Below, piece after piece: positions 48,701 through 57,998 of a stretch of DNA of 64,000 nucleotides. Source of the stretch: a virus (lineage: Duplodnaviria; Caudoviricetes); IMG/VR virus record IMGVR_UViG_2724679654_000001, positions 15,221 through 79,220 of that record; one strand, written 5' to 3'. The position numbers and the translations under genes are program-made. The notes below the pieces were generated by a model, which was not told the DNA's origin, searched no databases, and was given only the letters and a program-made list of their open reading frames with translations. How positions within the stretch are numbered: position 1 is the first letter of the stretch; the number at the start of each line of letters is the position of its first letter.

Positions 48701-51700
48701 AAAAGAGGACGAGCGGGCGAAGAGTAAACAAGCCGGTTTGGTCTCTATTTTGTCTAAAAAGACCGGCAGCGCGCCGTATCTTGAAGACTTAGGCGTTGAC
48801 AGTATCGTGATAGATGAGGCGCATTGTTTCCCGGCTGGCACTATGGTTGATGGCGTTCCTATCGAAGAAATAAAAGTGGGCGATACAGTCAGATCCTTTA
48901 ACCATGACACTGAGAGTATCGAATACAAAGTTGTTACTGATGTGATGCGTAGGGTGCCTGCTGGTCTTGTTAAGGTCAACTTGAAGAATGGCAAAAATAT
49001 CGTTTGCACTCATGACCATGAGTTTTTTATTCCTGGAACTGGTTATGTTGCAGCAGAGTTTTTGAATAGTGGATACAATGTGCTAATCAATTATTCAAAA
49101 ATGGATTTGCCAGATGAAGTGTTCAACATGCAACAAGGAGTTTCAACCGAGTTATTACCAGATAAGGAAATCAGAGGAATTTCCAGAAAGCCCAATGTAT
49201 TGCAGCAAACCTTGCGTAAAACAGAAGCGATTTTTGATACCGAAACAAAACCTACCTTGCAGTCATTGCAAAACAGAGTTTTATCCATCAATGGAACAGC
49301 GAAGATCGCACAAGAAGAATGCTTCGATATTCTGCTCTCAGAAATGCTTTGCGGACAGCAAGCGCAAAAAGGTTCCAATACTCAAGAATTGCGAGGAGTG
49401 CGGGGAACTATTCGAGCTGAATCATGTGCAGAATTGGAAATCTGCAACAGGGAAGGCGGACAAATTTTATTGCGGGAAGTCCTGCGCGATGACATGGAGA
49501 AGCAAGCACTCGATCAATTTAAAGGCGGCGCAGAAGAGCGAGGAAAGGAATGCGAAACGCAGGGGGGCGCTAAAGAGGCACAACTGGTTACAGACACCAG
49601 AAGCCGTGGAGAAGAACAGACTGACTCGAATATCCAGAGGAGTGGGGAAGGGAGTGCCAATAAAGAACCGTGGCGGGAACGGAAAGGGGGCTACGATTCC
49701 GCAAGAAATGCTGGCGAATTCTCTGAATTGGACAATGGAGTACATCTTAAAAACCAATGTACCGAAAGGGAACGGGATACCGACACATTACAAACTGGAC
49801 TTGGCGAATCCTCACTTGATGATAGCAATAGAGGTGGATGGGAGATCCCACAGCAGCTTGACGGTCAAGGAGAAAGATGCCAAGAAAACAAACTTTCTGG
49901 AATCATTGGGGTGGACAGTGTTGAGATTCTCGAATCAGGAAGTGATGGAAGATTTGGAGGGGTGTGTCCAGACGGTTATGTCTACGACATTACAGTTGAA
50001 GGAAACCACAATTTCTTTGCAGAGGGAATCTTAGTACATAATTGTTACAAAAACGCCGCCCAGACAATCGATTTCAAAAGCGCGAAATTCCTCTCTTTAT
50101 CACCTGCTTCGCAACGTGGCTTGGATGCTCAAGCAAAAGCCTGGTTTATTCGTGGCAGATCGCAACTTGGGGATGGCGTGTTATTGTTAACCGCCACAGC
50201 AATATCTAATAGCCCCCTAGAGGTTTTTTCCATGCTGTCTCTGGCAGTGGGCCATGAGCGCGTGAATGATATGTGCCTTGGTATCAAGGGTGCGGATAAC
50301 TTTATGGAAGTATTTGTCCAGAAAGATAATCAAGATGATGTAACGATTGACGGCGTTGCACGCACAACTGATGTGTTTGTTGGATTGAATAACGTAAGCA
50401 TACTGAGAAAATCCATTGGTGAGGTTGCTACCATCAAATCGGCTGAAGATGTCGGTGAGCAAATCATTGTTCCTGACCGTGAAGAGAAGGCATCAGCCGT
50501 GACATTGACAGGCGATATTGTTGATCGCCTGGTCATATACAAAAGAGCGTTCAGATTTGCAATCGATACTCTGGCTGGCAAAGAACCTAATCGTGGCGGC
50601 AAAGAGGCGTTTGATGCGGTATCCGCTCATTTTGGTGAGGAAATGGATCTAATTGGTCATCCCTTCAACCTGATTAATAAAATGACCTTGCTGATCGCAG
50701 ACCCAGAACTCGATCAAAGAGCTACCTTCTACAGCTTTATTGATGCGCAGGCAGACAAGGCTAAGGATGCCGTGAACCAGTTCAACGCCAAAAATTTCAC
50801 TGAGGAGCGGCCAAGATTTACGCCAATGTCATCAGAATCATCCGTTGTTAGCCGAAAAACAACCAAAGACGAATCTGGCAATGAAGTCACGATAATGAAA
50901 ATTAAGGTGGTGGCCAGTATTATTGACGGCAACCGAATTGCCATTGATACCATGACCCCGGAAACCCAAAGCGCATTCGAGGATATTGCGAAAAAAATTG
51001 GCTTGGATCTGGATGTGTCGGTACCGCCAAAACTTGCCGCAATGCTTGAAAACTTCCAGCATGAGCAGGCCACGCCGCGCGGCATTATGGATGATGGCAG
51101 CAAGTCGCCGGTCGTTAAGCAGATTATTTTCTGTGACATTCTGCCACTGCATAACAAGATCAAACGCTTATTAAACAAGCGCGCCGGGATACCAGCGGGT
51201 GCAATTGCGATAATAACCGGCAAGACCAACAACAAGCCCGATGAAATATTGGCCGTTCAAGATGGTTTCAACGCATTTGGTGAAGATAATAAATACCGGG
51301 TTGTGATCGCCAATGAAAAGGCTGAAGTGGGTATCAATCTGCAAAGGGGAACCCAGGCAATACACCATTTAACCATTGGCTGGACACCCGATAGTTTGGA
51401 GCAACGCAATGGCCGTGGCGTTCGTCAAGGCAATAAAACTGAGCGCGTAAACTCATATTATTACGATGCTGATGGTACTTTCGACACCAGCAAGCGCTCC
51501 ATGGTTAATAAAAAGGCTGATTGGATAGGTCAGGTAATGGATGTTGGCGGTAGCGACAACGTTGCAGTTAGCGGAGGATTATCCAAAGAACAGATGGAAG
51601 CGCTCATTGAAGTTGTAGGCGATGCCGATGCAATGAAGCGCATGCAGGAAACAATCGCTGCCAAAGAAGCTGAGACCAGGGCTGCGACAAACCGCGATAA

Positions 51701-53321
51701 GCAAATGATCAACATTGACACCATCCGCAAGCAGAATGCTTTCCTGCGTTCCAATCCAAGCCCGGTTAATTTCATAATCGACAAGATTCTTGGCTTGTGG
51801 AATCTTGAGAAGCAGATGTTTATGCTAAACGACAGAATAAACAACCCCAAGGCAACAGAATCTGCAGTAGCGCGAAACAAAGGATTGCTTTCCGATGTTA
51901 ATTCCCGCATATCTAGTGTGCGTAACAGTATTGAAAAATCCGCAATCATTTCCAAAAGCGCAGGGTATAACTCAGTTACCAGGCAGAACGAGCAGGAGGC
52001 TACAACCCTTGATGACGTGTTTAAAGCGATTAGATCAAATAGAAAGCAAAAGGAAGATGATATTGTTGAGATGTTACGCGGAAAAGTTTGGCCATCATTC
52101 AAAGTATCTGCCATAGAGGGCGGTCCAATAGTAAACGATTGGCAATCCGAAGTGGATATGGCCAACTCAATGATTGAAGAATCCAAAAACAACTTTATCC
52201 GCCAGGCATCGGAGCATGGCAGTTATCCGGCTGAAGTTGCCAAGATCGTGGCCGAAGGTGGCAGCGATGTGCATGAAGGTAAGCCAATAGTAACCGGCAT
52301 GTTTCTGCGATTCAATGATGGCGTGATAGGTATAGTTGATGTCCCCGGCCAAACCGTTGTGACAGCCAACAAATCCGCTCATTTCCTGAGCTACAGATTA
52401 GCTGCTTCCATCAAGGAGGCTGCGGAATTAATTTACCCAGGATCTTCAGCTTACGATTCCTGTTTAGATGATGCTGCAGAATTAGAGGATAAGGCGAATG
52501 CTGCAGGTGAAGTGCAAAATGGATTCAATAAGCTGGTACCGGTGATCGCGCAGCGCCGCAAGACCGAGGTGCTGGCAGAATACAGCCACTATAACTACGT
52601 TCTTCCTCAACCCTATTTCCCTTTTGTCGTCTTGAGCGGTAAAACGGCAGTAGCAAAGCATATTATGGCTACGCAGAGCGCCATCATCAAATTCATTCGC
52701 GGCAGTTACTTTGCTGTGCCGAGTAGCGTTGCGGTCACAAAAAAGCCTGATGGGCTAAGTAACTATGACGCGCTGCGAGAATATGCAATAGCTCATCATC
52801 TAAAACTGGTAATCGCTGATTTTAGTGAATCGGAATACTGGCTAGGTCAGCAGATCACAAAAACCATCACGGTCGATATGTTTAAGGTTGCCATTACCGG
52901 CTCTACCGAAGAGGAAATCCGTAATCAGGCCACAAACTTTATGTTAAATTCAGTTACGTGGTTTGATTTTGAAGGGATAGATCCTATTGGTAACCACCTG
53001 CTTCCTTATAATCTGCTAAAAGTTCTGAATGCGGCCATCAAAGCGGTGGCACCAGCTCCGGTAGCAGCCACAATCAGTAGTACGGATGCGCCATCAAGCA
53101 TTGTGGGCATCAAGGTATCATCCTCTTCATGGGCTGATATCAATGTCTGGAAAGAGAACATAAAAGCTGCGGCTGTGGCGGCCGGTGATGGGAAGTACAA
53201 GTTTGATGGCAAGACCAAGATATGGAATGTTTTGCAACCAACATGGGATCATCTTATTGCAAACTATCCAGGCGCAGCAGATAAGGTTGAGTTTGTGAGT
53301 GGCACCTTGTCGTATCTATAA
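45705..53321 (+). CDS. darB: DarB-like N6-methyltransferase plus SNF2-type helicase, intein-containing
   Basis: MTase YEYYTP, LDPSAGVG, TNVPFG; helicase GVGLGKT, VIDEAH, LTATAISNS, GINLQ, QRNGRGVRQGN. Confidence 0.9.
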   Translation: MISFAEKRKIQSTILEQNKILASNPSFINKRQAQKTKAEAMIKLGLVGTGQQAPIAETEQPDEDKPIERKSTARLYEFDPNRKPAQRRKDNTAAMALLDRIDSGEIDANSLTDEQKATLAKYSGTGGALIGADGKKGSAYEYYTPKPIAEGIWDLMSELGFNGGKVLDPSAGVGVFGAVAPANAAIDAIELNETSGRINGLVNDGAGYSTTVSAFEKVAANTPEEIYDAIITNVPFGGVADRGGNQLLDNRYQKEPLQNYFILRSLEKLKPGGLAVFITPPRCVSGKGGKEEELRVKSSFMAEFLGAYRLPNSVFGTASADTMADVIAFRKYSRETLDKISELREQSPQSLIDANVQWQEFIEGHYFVGEGKRFILGEFVPKDPNKFRDVDRVINPANVAEIGRMLKRFPGSRINWDLLGAIETSPIIYRDGDTITQSGQTLQMQGGRWVAMARTEESVDMAELAGNMATPYKAFENKVTWAGAIKFFDYMTETSQALDIPAWARGAINEIKRLSDEGDRGKYWNAGVVGMSVAQVLEERLGEEVGVKYVDEYPALSDAMQRVSAIAKGRPSSIGGKVKDGLLAIGTHYQKKTGFSAVWRGDVQQDVTTMEITADSSFEGLRYKTRSAWVTLDDAKGIYGDDFDPAGDQAWCVSPDGKSVTRADDYYVGNYAEFLKRVDAEIAAANDDKVRDKLLRQKLDADSRVDRIDVSKLTFNLFTPYVTHEEKAEFLRRFVHPAAVVVFDEKTGEKRVDIDIPGSKLTDREKLINRIGDYLKNGTITLGGAKLDMEKAKALQELRRMINTANEQFNGWVRGNSVIMRRLEGISSDPTKLRFRQVEDSSPMKIQGMSDLITPHGYQFAEIRRQSREFGGINGFGVGLGKTLTSLAAVQYAQSIGVKKKTFIVVPNSVLSNWRKEAVRAYTNHDDLLFVGLRVNKGKALVNSTNFDADLTAVMENRHSKIFMTMEAFERIRLRDETIAEYEKFLRKVDASFAESEDKKEDERAKSKQAGLVSILSKKTGSAPYLEDLGVDSIVIDEAHCFPAGTMVDGVPIEEIKVGDTVRSFNHDTESIEYKVVTDVMRRVPAGLVKVNLKNGKNIVCTHDHEFFIPGTGYVAAEFLNSGYNVLINYSKMDLPDEVFNMQQGVSTELLPDKEIRGISRKPNVLQQTLRKTEAIFDTETKPTLQSLQNRVLSINGTAKIAQEECFDILLSEMLCGQQAQKGSNTQELRGVRGTIRAESCAELEICNREGGQILLREVLRDDMEKQALDQFKGGAEERGKECETQGGAKEAQLVTDTRSRGEEQTDSNIQRSGEGSANKEPWRERKGGYDSARNAGEFSELDNGVHLKNQCTERERDTDTLQTGLGESSLDDSNRGGWEIPQQLDGQGERCQENKLSGIIGVDSVEILESGSDGRFGGVCPDGYVYDITVEGNHNFFAEGILVHNCYKNAAQTIDFKSAKFLSLSPASQRGLDAQAKAWFIRGRSQLGDGVLLLTATAISNSPLEVFSMLSLAVGHERVNDMCLGIKGADNFMEVFVQKDNQDDVTIDGVARTTDVFVGLNNVSILRKSIGEVATIKSAEDVGEQIIVPDREEKASAVTLTGDIVDRLVIYKRAFRFAIDTLAGKEPNRGGKEAFDAVSAHFGEEMDLIGHPFNLINKMTLLIADPELDQRATFYSFIDAQADKAKDAVNQFNAKNFTEERPRFTPMSSESSVVSRKTTKDESGNEVTIMKIKVVASIIDGNRIAIDTMTPETQSAFEDIAKKIGLDLDVSVPPKLAAMLENFQHEQATPRGIMDDGSKSPVVKQIIFCDILPLHNKIKRLLNKRAGIPAGAIAIITGKTNNKPDEILAVQDGFNAFGEDNKYRVVIANEKAEVGINLQRGTQAIHHLTIGWTPDSLEQRNGRGVRQGNKTERVNSYYYDADGTFDTSKRSMVNKKADWIGQVMDVGGSDNVAVSGGLSKEQMEALIEVVGDADAMKRMQETIAAKEAETRAATNRDKQMINIDTIRKQNAFLRSNPSPVNFIIDKILGLWNLEKQMFMLNDRINNPKATESAVARNKGLLSDVNSRISSVRNSIEKSAIISKSAGYNSVTRQNEQEATTLDDVFKAIRSNRKQKEDDIVEMLRGKVWPSFKVSAIEGGPIVNDWQSEVDMANSMIEESKNNFIRQASEHGSYPAEVAKIVAEGGSDVHEGKPIVTGMFLRFNDGVIGIVDVPGQTVVTANKSAHFLSYRLAASIKEAAELIYPGSSAYDSCLDDAAELEDKANAAGEVQNGFNKLVPVIAQRRKTEVLAEYSHYNYVLPQPYFPFVVLSGKTAVAKHIMATQSAIIKFIRGSYFAVPSSVAVTKKPDGLSNYDALREYAIAHHLKLVIADFSESEYWLGQQITKTITVDMFKVAITGSTEEEIRNQATNFMLNSVTWFDFEGIDPIGNHLLPYNLLKVLNAAIKAVAPAPVAATISSTDAPSSIVGIKVSSSSWADINVWKENIKAAAVAAGDGKYKFDGKTKIWNVLQPTWDHLIANYPGAADKVEFVSGTLSYL
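48825..50042 (+). mobile_element. Intein (406 aa) in DarB
   Basis: DEAH|CFPAGTMV...CTHDHEF (block B)...VYDITVEGNHNFFAEGILVHN|CYKN; removal restores DEAHCYKN. Confidence 0.95.
49114..50034 (+). CDS. Zinc-finger + DUF559/Vsr-like endonuclease nested in the +1 frame of the intein
   Basis: Three CxxC...(Y/F)CxxxC repeats; YKLDLA...IAIEVDGRSH...KDAKKTNFLESLGWTVLRFSN. Confidence 0.85.
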   Translation: MKCSTCNKEFQPSYYQIRKSEEFPESPMYCSKPCVKQKRFLIPKQNLPCSHCKTEFYPSMEQRRSHKKNASIFCSQKCFADSKRKKVPILKNCEECGELFELNHVQNWKSATGKADKFYCGKSCAMTWRSKHSINLKAAQKSEERNAKRRGALKRHNWLQTPEAVEKNRLTRISRGVGKGVPIKNRGGNGKGATIPQEMLANSLNWTMEYILKTNVPKGNGIPTHYKLDLANPHLMIAIEVDGRSHSSLTVKEKDAKKTNFLESLGWTVLRFSNQEVMEDLEGCVQTVMSTTLQLKETTISLQRES

Positions 53322-53335
53322 AAAGGAATTGAATT

Positions 53336-53752
53336 ATGGCATTTACAGAATATTTATTTGATCCTGAGAAGATCAAGGCACAGGTCGAGAGCCGCACGCA
53401 GAGCCTGCGCGCGAATAAGGGATTCTCAGATTTGCTGGGATTTGGACTCAAGGTTATCAATGATCGTCTCAGTAATGATCGTAAGCGGTACCGAGACTAC
53501 GGACCATACTGGCCTGCATTAAAGGAAATCCTAAATGCGAACGGCTACAATTTTGGCGACCAATCAGATCCGATAGTTAAAGCTGTGTATCACGGCGATT
53601 CGGATGTTGAAACGCTGGTTATGGCCGATGAGTTCAGAACCGAATACTTAGCAACTACCATTGTGTATACAAACCGATTCATGCTGGATGGCAAGACCGG
53701 TGAATTCTGGGTGTTGTTTGATTCTGATATGGAAGATCCCGCAGCAAAATAG
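53336..53752 (+). CDS. ulx: Ulx-like protein
   Basis: Follows darB; YRDYGPYWPALKEIL. Confidence 0.6.
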   Translation: MAFTEYLFDPEKIKAQVESRTQSLRANKGFSDLLGFGLKVINDRLSNDRKRYRDYGPYWPALKEILNANGYNFGDQSDPIVKAVYHGDSDVETLVMADEFRTEYLATTIVYTNRFMLDGKTGEFWVLFDSDMEDPAAK

Positions 53753-53967
53753 CTTTTTCTCTTCATTCCTAACATCGGCTTAGGAAAATTGCCGGTATTG
53801 CTGAGCACATTATCAATACGCCCCTTTAATATGGGGTACACAGTTTGTTACAATTATTTTTTTGTAATAAAAGCGTTCTAAATTGTTATGTAATTTATTG
53901 GTTTTTAAGAAATAATAAAAGTTCTTTGCCTGCACATCCAAGGGTCGCGCCGCCGACCGGCGCGAAG

Positions 53968-54053
53968 GGTATGACCCCATAGGGGGCATGCTGCCCGATC
54001 CCTAATACGGATTTTCTTTATCCTGACTTCCCCTTATTGCTAAACGTCTTTTG
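53968..54053 (+). repeat. 86-bp element, copy 2
   Basis: About 88% identical to the reverse complement of 15375-15460. Confidence 0.9.
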
Positions 54054-54116
54054 GTGGCTATTTTTTGAATATTGGTTAATTACTCAGTTACTATATGGCT
54101 TTTTGTTTGGAATGTA

Positions 54117-55082
54117 ATGAATTCTGGGAAAAAAATATTTGATATAGATGAATCCTTTACTGATGCGCGCGATCTTATCGATTGCTTTCTTGATAAAGAG
54201 AATATATTTGCTCCTACACATATATTTGATGTTAGTGAGAAATTTATTAGTGGTTATATATTTCGGGGTCAGGCGAAAAAAAATTGGCCACTTCTTCCGA
54301 CTGCACACCGGTCTGGTAATCCGTTAAAAATGCACACGCCTCAGCCACCCTATAAATCACTACTTGATAGTGGCGATATCCAGATTCAGGAATTCTTATA
54401 TGGGCATTTACATGCTGAGTTACGAGCAGTACTGCTTTTTCTCGAGGCTGCAGATCGGGTAGGATTACAGACACCTCTTGACTACACCCAGATCTCTGTT
54501 CATCAATCCTTATTTGACGAATTAAGTTCTGGTAAATTTAGCGAGACAAGCTTGGATTTTCCTCACTCATCGTTTCTTCCGAGCGTGGCACTAGCTCAGC
54601 ATTATGGTGTCCCGACGCGCCTTTTAGATTGGACGGAATCGCCGTTGGTCGCCGCATATTTTGCGGCTGAACAAGCATCCGCCTTAGCAAAAAAAAGTAA
54701 GCGTAAAGATTGTGATTTTTCAATAATTGGTCTAGGAATGCCATTGCTCTCGAAAGTAGCAAGTATTCGTTGTGTATCTGTGGCACGTGCAAACAATCCA
54801 TTTCTACGTGCTCAACGAGGTGTTTTCACCATAATAAATAATGCTAGTCAATTCTTTTTGAAGAATAACAAATGGCCAAGTATAGAGGATGTGGTAAAAG
54901 TCGAACGTAAACCAGGAACAATATATACTAAATCCCCTTTAATTCGTTTCTCTCTACCTGCATCCGAGGCTGATCAACTTTTACGATTACTATACAGATT
55001 GGATGTCTCCAAACTTACACTTATGCCTTCTCTAAACAATGCTGCGGAATACTTTGCATACAAACAATTGCTCTGGCCTTAA
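54117..55082 (+). CDS. FRG domain protein
   Basis: YIFRGQ, ALAQHYGVPTRLLDWTESPLVAAYFA, AQRGVFT. Confidence 0.9.
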   Translation: MNSGKKIFDIDESFTDARDLIDCFLDKENIFAPTHIFDVSEKFISGYIFRGQAKKNWPLLPTAHRSGNPLKMHTPQPPYKSLLDSGDIQIQEFLYGHLHAELRAVLLFLEAADRVGLQTPLDYTQISVHQSLFDELSSGKFSETSLDFPHSSFLPSVALAQHYGVPTRLLDWTESPLVAAYFAAEQASALAKKSKRKDCDFSIIGLGMPLLSKVASIRCVSVARANNPFLRAQRGVFTIINNASQFFLKNNKWPSIEDVVKVERKPGTIYTKSPLIRFSLPASEADQLLRLLYRLDVSKLTLMPSLNNAAEYFAYKQLLWP

Positions 55083-55398
55083 TGAAGGAGCTTTCAGCGC
55101 AAAGGGAATGATATTGAACCGGAGAGGGGGAAGCTGCCCGATTTCTAGCACGGATTTACAAAATAACTATCACTATGTAGCCGTTACAATACCGCTGTAT
55201 TATTGCCCTTACTAGTGAATTTGCTCATGCTTCTGTATTGCTCTAAAAACACTGATAAGTAAGTTGATAATTATCATGTTTGAGAAAATTGCATTTGTGA
55301 ATATTAACTTATTGTTTGTCTTACGTAATATGTTAATTTAGAATGCTAAATATAAAATTAGATGGAATTGGATTAAATAGAGTTTTGGAGATTGTGTT

Positions 55399-57096
55399 AT
55401 GAATATTAATGCCAGCATTATTGATCAACGCGTGACAGGGATTATAGAAGATCATCCCGAGTGGCTACCTAGTGGCACTGATATTCATAAAAAAAAATCG
55501 ACAGCTTTTGTTCTTTTGTGCATGGCTACTTGCCTTGATATATCCATGGATGAAGCGTCAGAAATGATCACTGATGGTGGTAATGATGCGGGTGTTGACG
55601 GATTGCATATTAGTGATGTTGAAGATGGGGAATTTTTGGTTACTATTTTTCAAGGAAAATACAAACAAGACCTAAACGGAGTTGCCAAGTTTCCAGAGAA
55701 AGGGGTTCAAAAATCTGTTGATACTTTGAGAGTGCTATTTGATCCATATCGCCAAGTTACCCTAAACGACGAAATTAGACCGAAGATTGAAGAAATTCGC
55801 TCTTTAATACGTGATGCATATATTCCAAATGTACGAGTGATTTTATGTAATAACGGCATAAAATGGACAGATGAGGGACAAGCTTGGATAGATAATGCAA
55901 AAAATAACTTTGGTGACAAAGTCGATTTTATTCACTTTAATCACGATTCGATAGTGAATATTCTTCAAAGCAGCAAAAAGGTGAACGATACTTTGTCCCT
56001 TAGTGGTAAAGCAATAGTAGAGGACATGAATTATATGAGAGTCCTAGTTGGCCGTGTTTCTGTTCATGAAATACATCGGCTCTTTACTGCTAATGGTGAC
56101 AAGCTATTAGAACGCAATATCCGCCGCTATCTTGGCCTACATAACAATCGAGTTAACTTAGCAATTCACGAGACCCTTTGCGATTCTAATAAATCAGATA
56201 AATTTTATTTTTACAATAATGGCGTTACTGTTGTTTGTGACAAGTTTGACTATAACGCTTTTCAAAATTTTGATTATAAAGTTCAACTCACAAACATGCA
56301 GATTATTAATGGCGGACAAACTTGTAAAACAATTCAAGAAACTTTAGATGGTGCTCTCCTAGGTATGGTTGGCGAATCTGCTTATGTAATGATCCGAATT
56401 TACCAACTAGCTGAAACGCAGAAGGATTTTGTTCAGGATATTACTTATGCCACAAACAGTCAAAATCCTGTTGATCTTCGCGATTTACGATCTAATGATG
56501 ATATTCAAAAGCAGCTAGAACTTGGTTTGTCCGAGCTTGGTTATACCTATAAACGACAAAGAGAAGAGGGGAGCAGTGGCTCTAATGTCATAACCAGTTC
56601 AATTACTGCAGAAGCTGTTCTTGCAATCTGGAGACAGAGACCACACCAAGCAAAATTTCGTCGTAAAGAACTTTTTGGAAAATTGTATGAGGATATTTTT
56701 CACAATTTGAATGCTGCTCAGGCATTAATAGCTGTTTTAATCTTTAGGGCGGTAGAGAATGAAAGAAAACGCCCAACAATACCAAATTCTCCAGATTTTA
56801 TTCCATATGCATCTCATTACATTTCTATGTTAATGGGTCGTGTCCTTTTGAAAGATTGTGAAATTGAACTTGAAACAGTTTCTCATCAGAATATCAAAAT
56901 GATTATGGAGCAGTTCGAAAATAAACAACTTCATTATTACGGTACTTCAATAGCTTCTGTAACCGAAGCTTTAAACTTTTTTTATGGTCAAAGGGAAATC
57001 TCATTACAACAACTTTCTGCAACTTTTAGACGTGGAGATCTTCTTGACATTTTGCTAAGTGGTGGTGATCCCGTCAAAGCATTTTTAGCTGATTAA
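55399..57096 (+). CDS. AIPR family (abortive infection phage resistance) protein
   Basis: DGGNDAGVDG, ERNIRRYLG, FYFYNNGVT, QIINGGQT, ATNSQN. Confidence 0.9.
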   Translation: MNINASIIDQRVTGIIEDHPEWLPSGTDIHKKKSTAFVLLCMATCLDISMDEASEMITDGGNDAGVDGLHISDVEDGEFLVTIFQGKYKQDLNGVAKFPEKGVQKSVDTLRVLFDPYRQVTLNDEIRPKIEEIRSLIRDAYIPNVRVILCNNGIKWTDEGQAWIDNAKNNFGDKVDFIHFNHDSIVNILQSSKKVNDTLSLSGKAIVEDMNYMRVLVGRVSVHEIHRLFTANGDKLLERNIRRYLGLHNNRVNLAIHETLCDSNKSDKFYFYNNGVTVVCDKFDYNAFQNFDYKVQLTNMQIINGGQTCKTIQETLDGALLGMVGESAYVMIRIYQLAETQKDFVQDITYATNSQNPVDLRDLRSNDDIQKQLELGLSELGYTYKRQREEGSSGSNVITSSITAEAVLAIWRQRPHQAKFRRKELFGKLYEDIFHNLNAAQALIAVLIFRAVENERKRPTIPNSPDFIPYASHYISMLMGRVLLKDCEIELETVSHQNIKMIMEQFENKQLHYYGTSIASVTEALNFFYGQREISLQQLSATFRRGDLLDILLSGGDPVKAFLAD

Positions 57097-57322
57097 TAGA
57101 TTACGATTCTGTGAATTCTCTTAAAACTAACTTTAAATTATTCAGTTCAATTTGATTTGGTTTGATGTTAATCATATTAGCGATGATAAAAACATTACAC
57201 CTGATGTGCAACCTTTTTCACTACACTCAAGATTTCCTCGTATCTTTCTGATTACACCATATTACTGAGCGGGTTTATATTTCATTTTATCTGCCGCTTA
57301 ATTCTGTTTTTTTCCTCAAGAT

Positions 57323-57550
57323 ATGTTTTCTAAGCTGAATAATCTTTATTGGCACATTCGATACACACGCAACAAATCAGTAAAACGTAAATATTACCGG
57401 TATGTTTTGAAGGAAAAAAAACGCCTGATTGAATCAGGCGTTGATGCAGAGGAATTGCGTTTGCTTTGTCGTGCGCTTAGTAACCGACTAAATTCACACG
57501 CCGAGAGAAGGCTTGAACGATACCGAAAAGACCATTTTGTAAGTAATTGA
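57323..57550 (+). CDS. Small basic hypothetical protein
   Basis: 75-aa ORF. Confidence 0.5.
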   Translation: MFSKLNNLYWHIRYTRNKSVKRKYYRYVLKEKKRLIESGVDAEELRLLCRALSNRLNSHAERRLERYRKDHFVSN

Positions 57551-57652
57551 TTATAAACATAATTATATTTATCATTTTACATAATACAAAATATCTGTGA
57601 TGAATAAAAGTTTACCCGACTATTTTAGGTAGAGTACAAACTTTTAAATTTC

Positions 57653-57694
57653 AGGAAAAACCCTCTATAGCACTGTAGCTTTTGCCATTACGAT
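57653..57694 (+). promoter_or_regulatory. Late promoter motif variant (baseplate wedge operon)
   Basis: AGGAAAA-N29-TACGAT; ATG 57701 lies 7 nt after it. Confidence 0.55.
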
Positions 57695-57700
57695 AGGCGC

Positions 57701-57997
57701 ATGGCAAATCCAATTACTGGCAACGACATTCAAGACATGGTTTCTCACTGGCTTCATGTGCCAGTGAACGGCTATCTGGGTTCTTCTTACGGCCAAGACA
57801 TAAATTCACTATTGCATAGACCGCAAGCTGACGGCGCGCCAGAAGCGTTGCTAGAGAGACTGCGCGCTGATGTGCCGGTACTTCAGGCGCTACCAAGTGG
57901 CGCAGTAAACCTTTACAGCGTGCAAACTCTACCAGATAGACTTGATCTGGTGATTGAGGTGGCTGGTCAAGCAATCACGGTTCCAGAGGTGCGTTGA
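57701..57997 (+). CDS. Baseplate wedge protein (gp25/W-like)
   Basis: HWLHVPVNGYLGSSYG. Confidence 0.7.
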   Translation: MANPITGNDIQDMVSHWLHVPVNGYLGSSYGQDINSLLHRPQADGAPEALLERLRADVPVLQALPSGAVNLYSVQTLPDRLDLVIEVAGQAITVPEVR

Positions 57998-57998
57998 A

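Noticed and set aside
48825-50042. DarB frameshift or assembly artefact explaining the nested ORF
   Set aside because: Frame 0 is open throughout with both intein ends and helicase motifs on either side, and the +1 ORF is independently complete.
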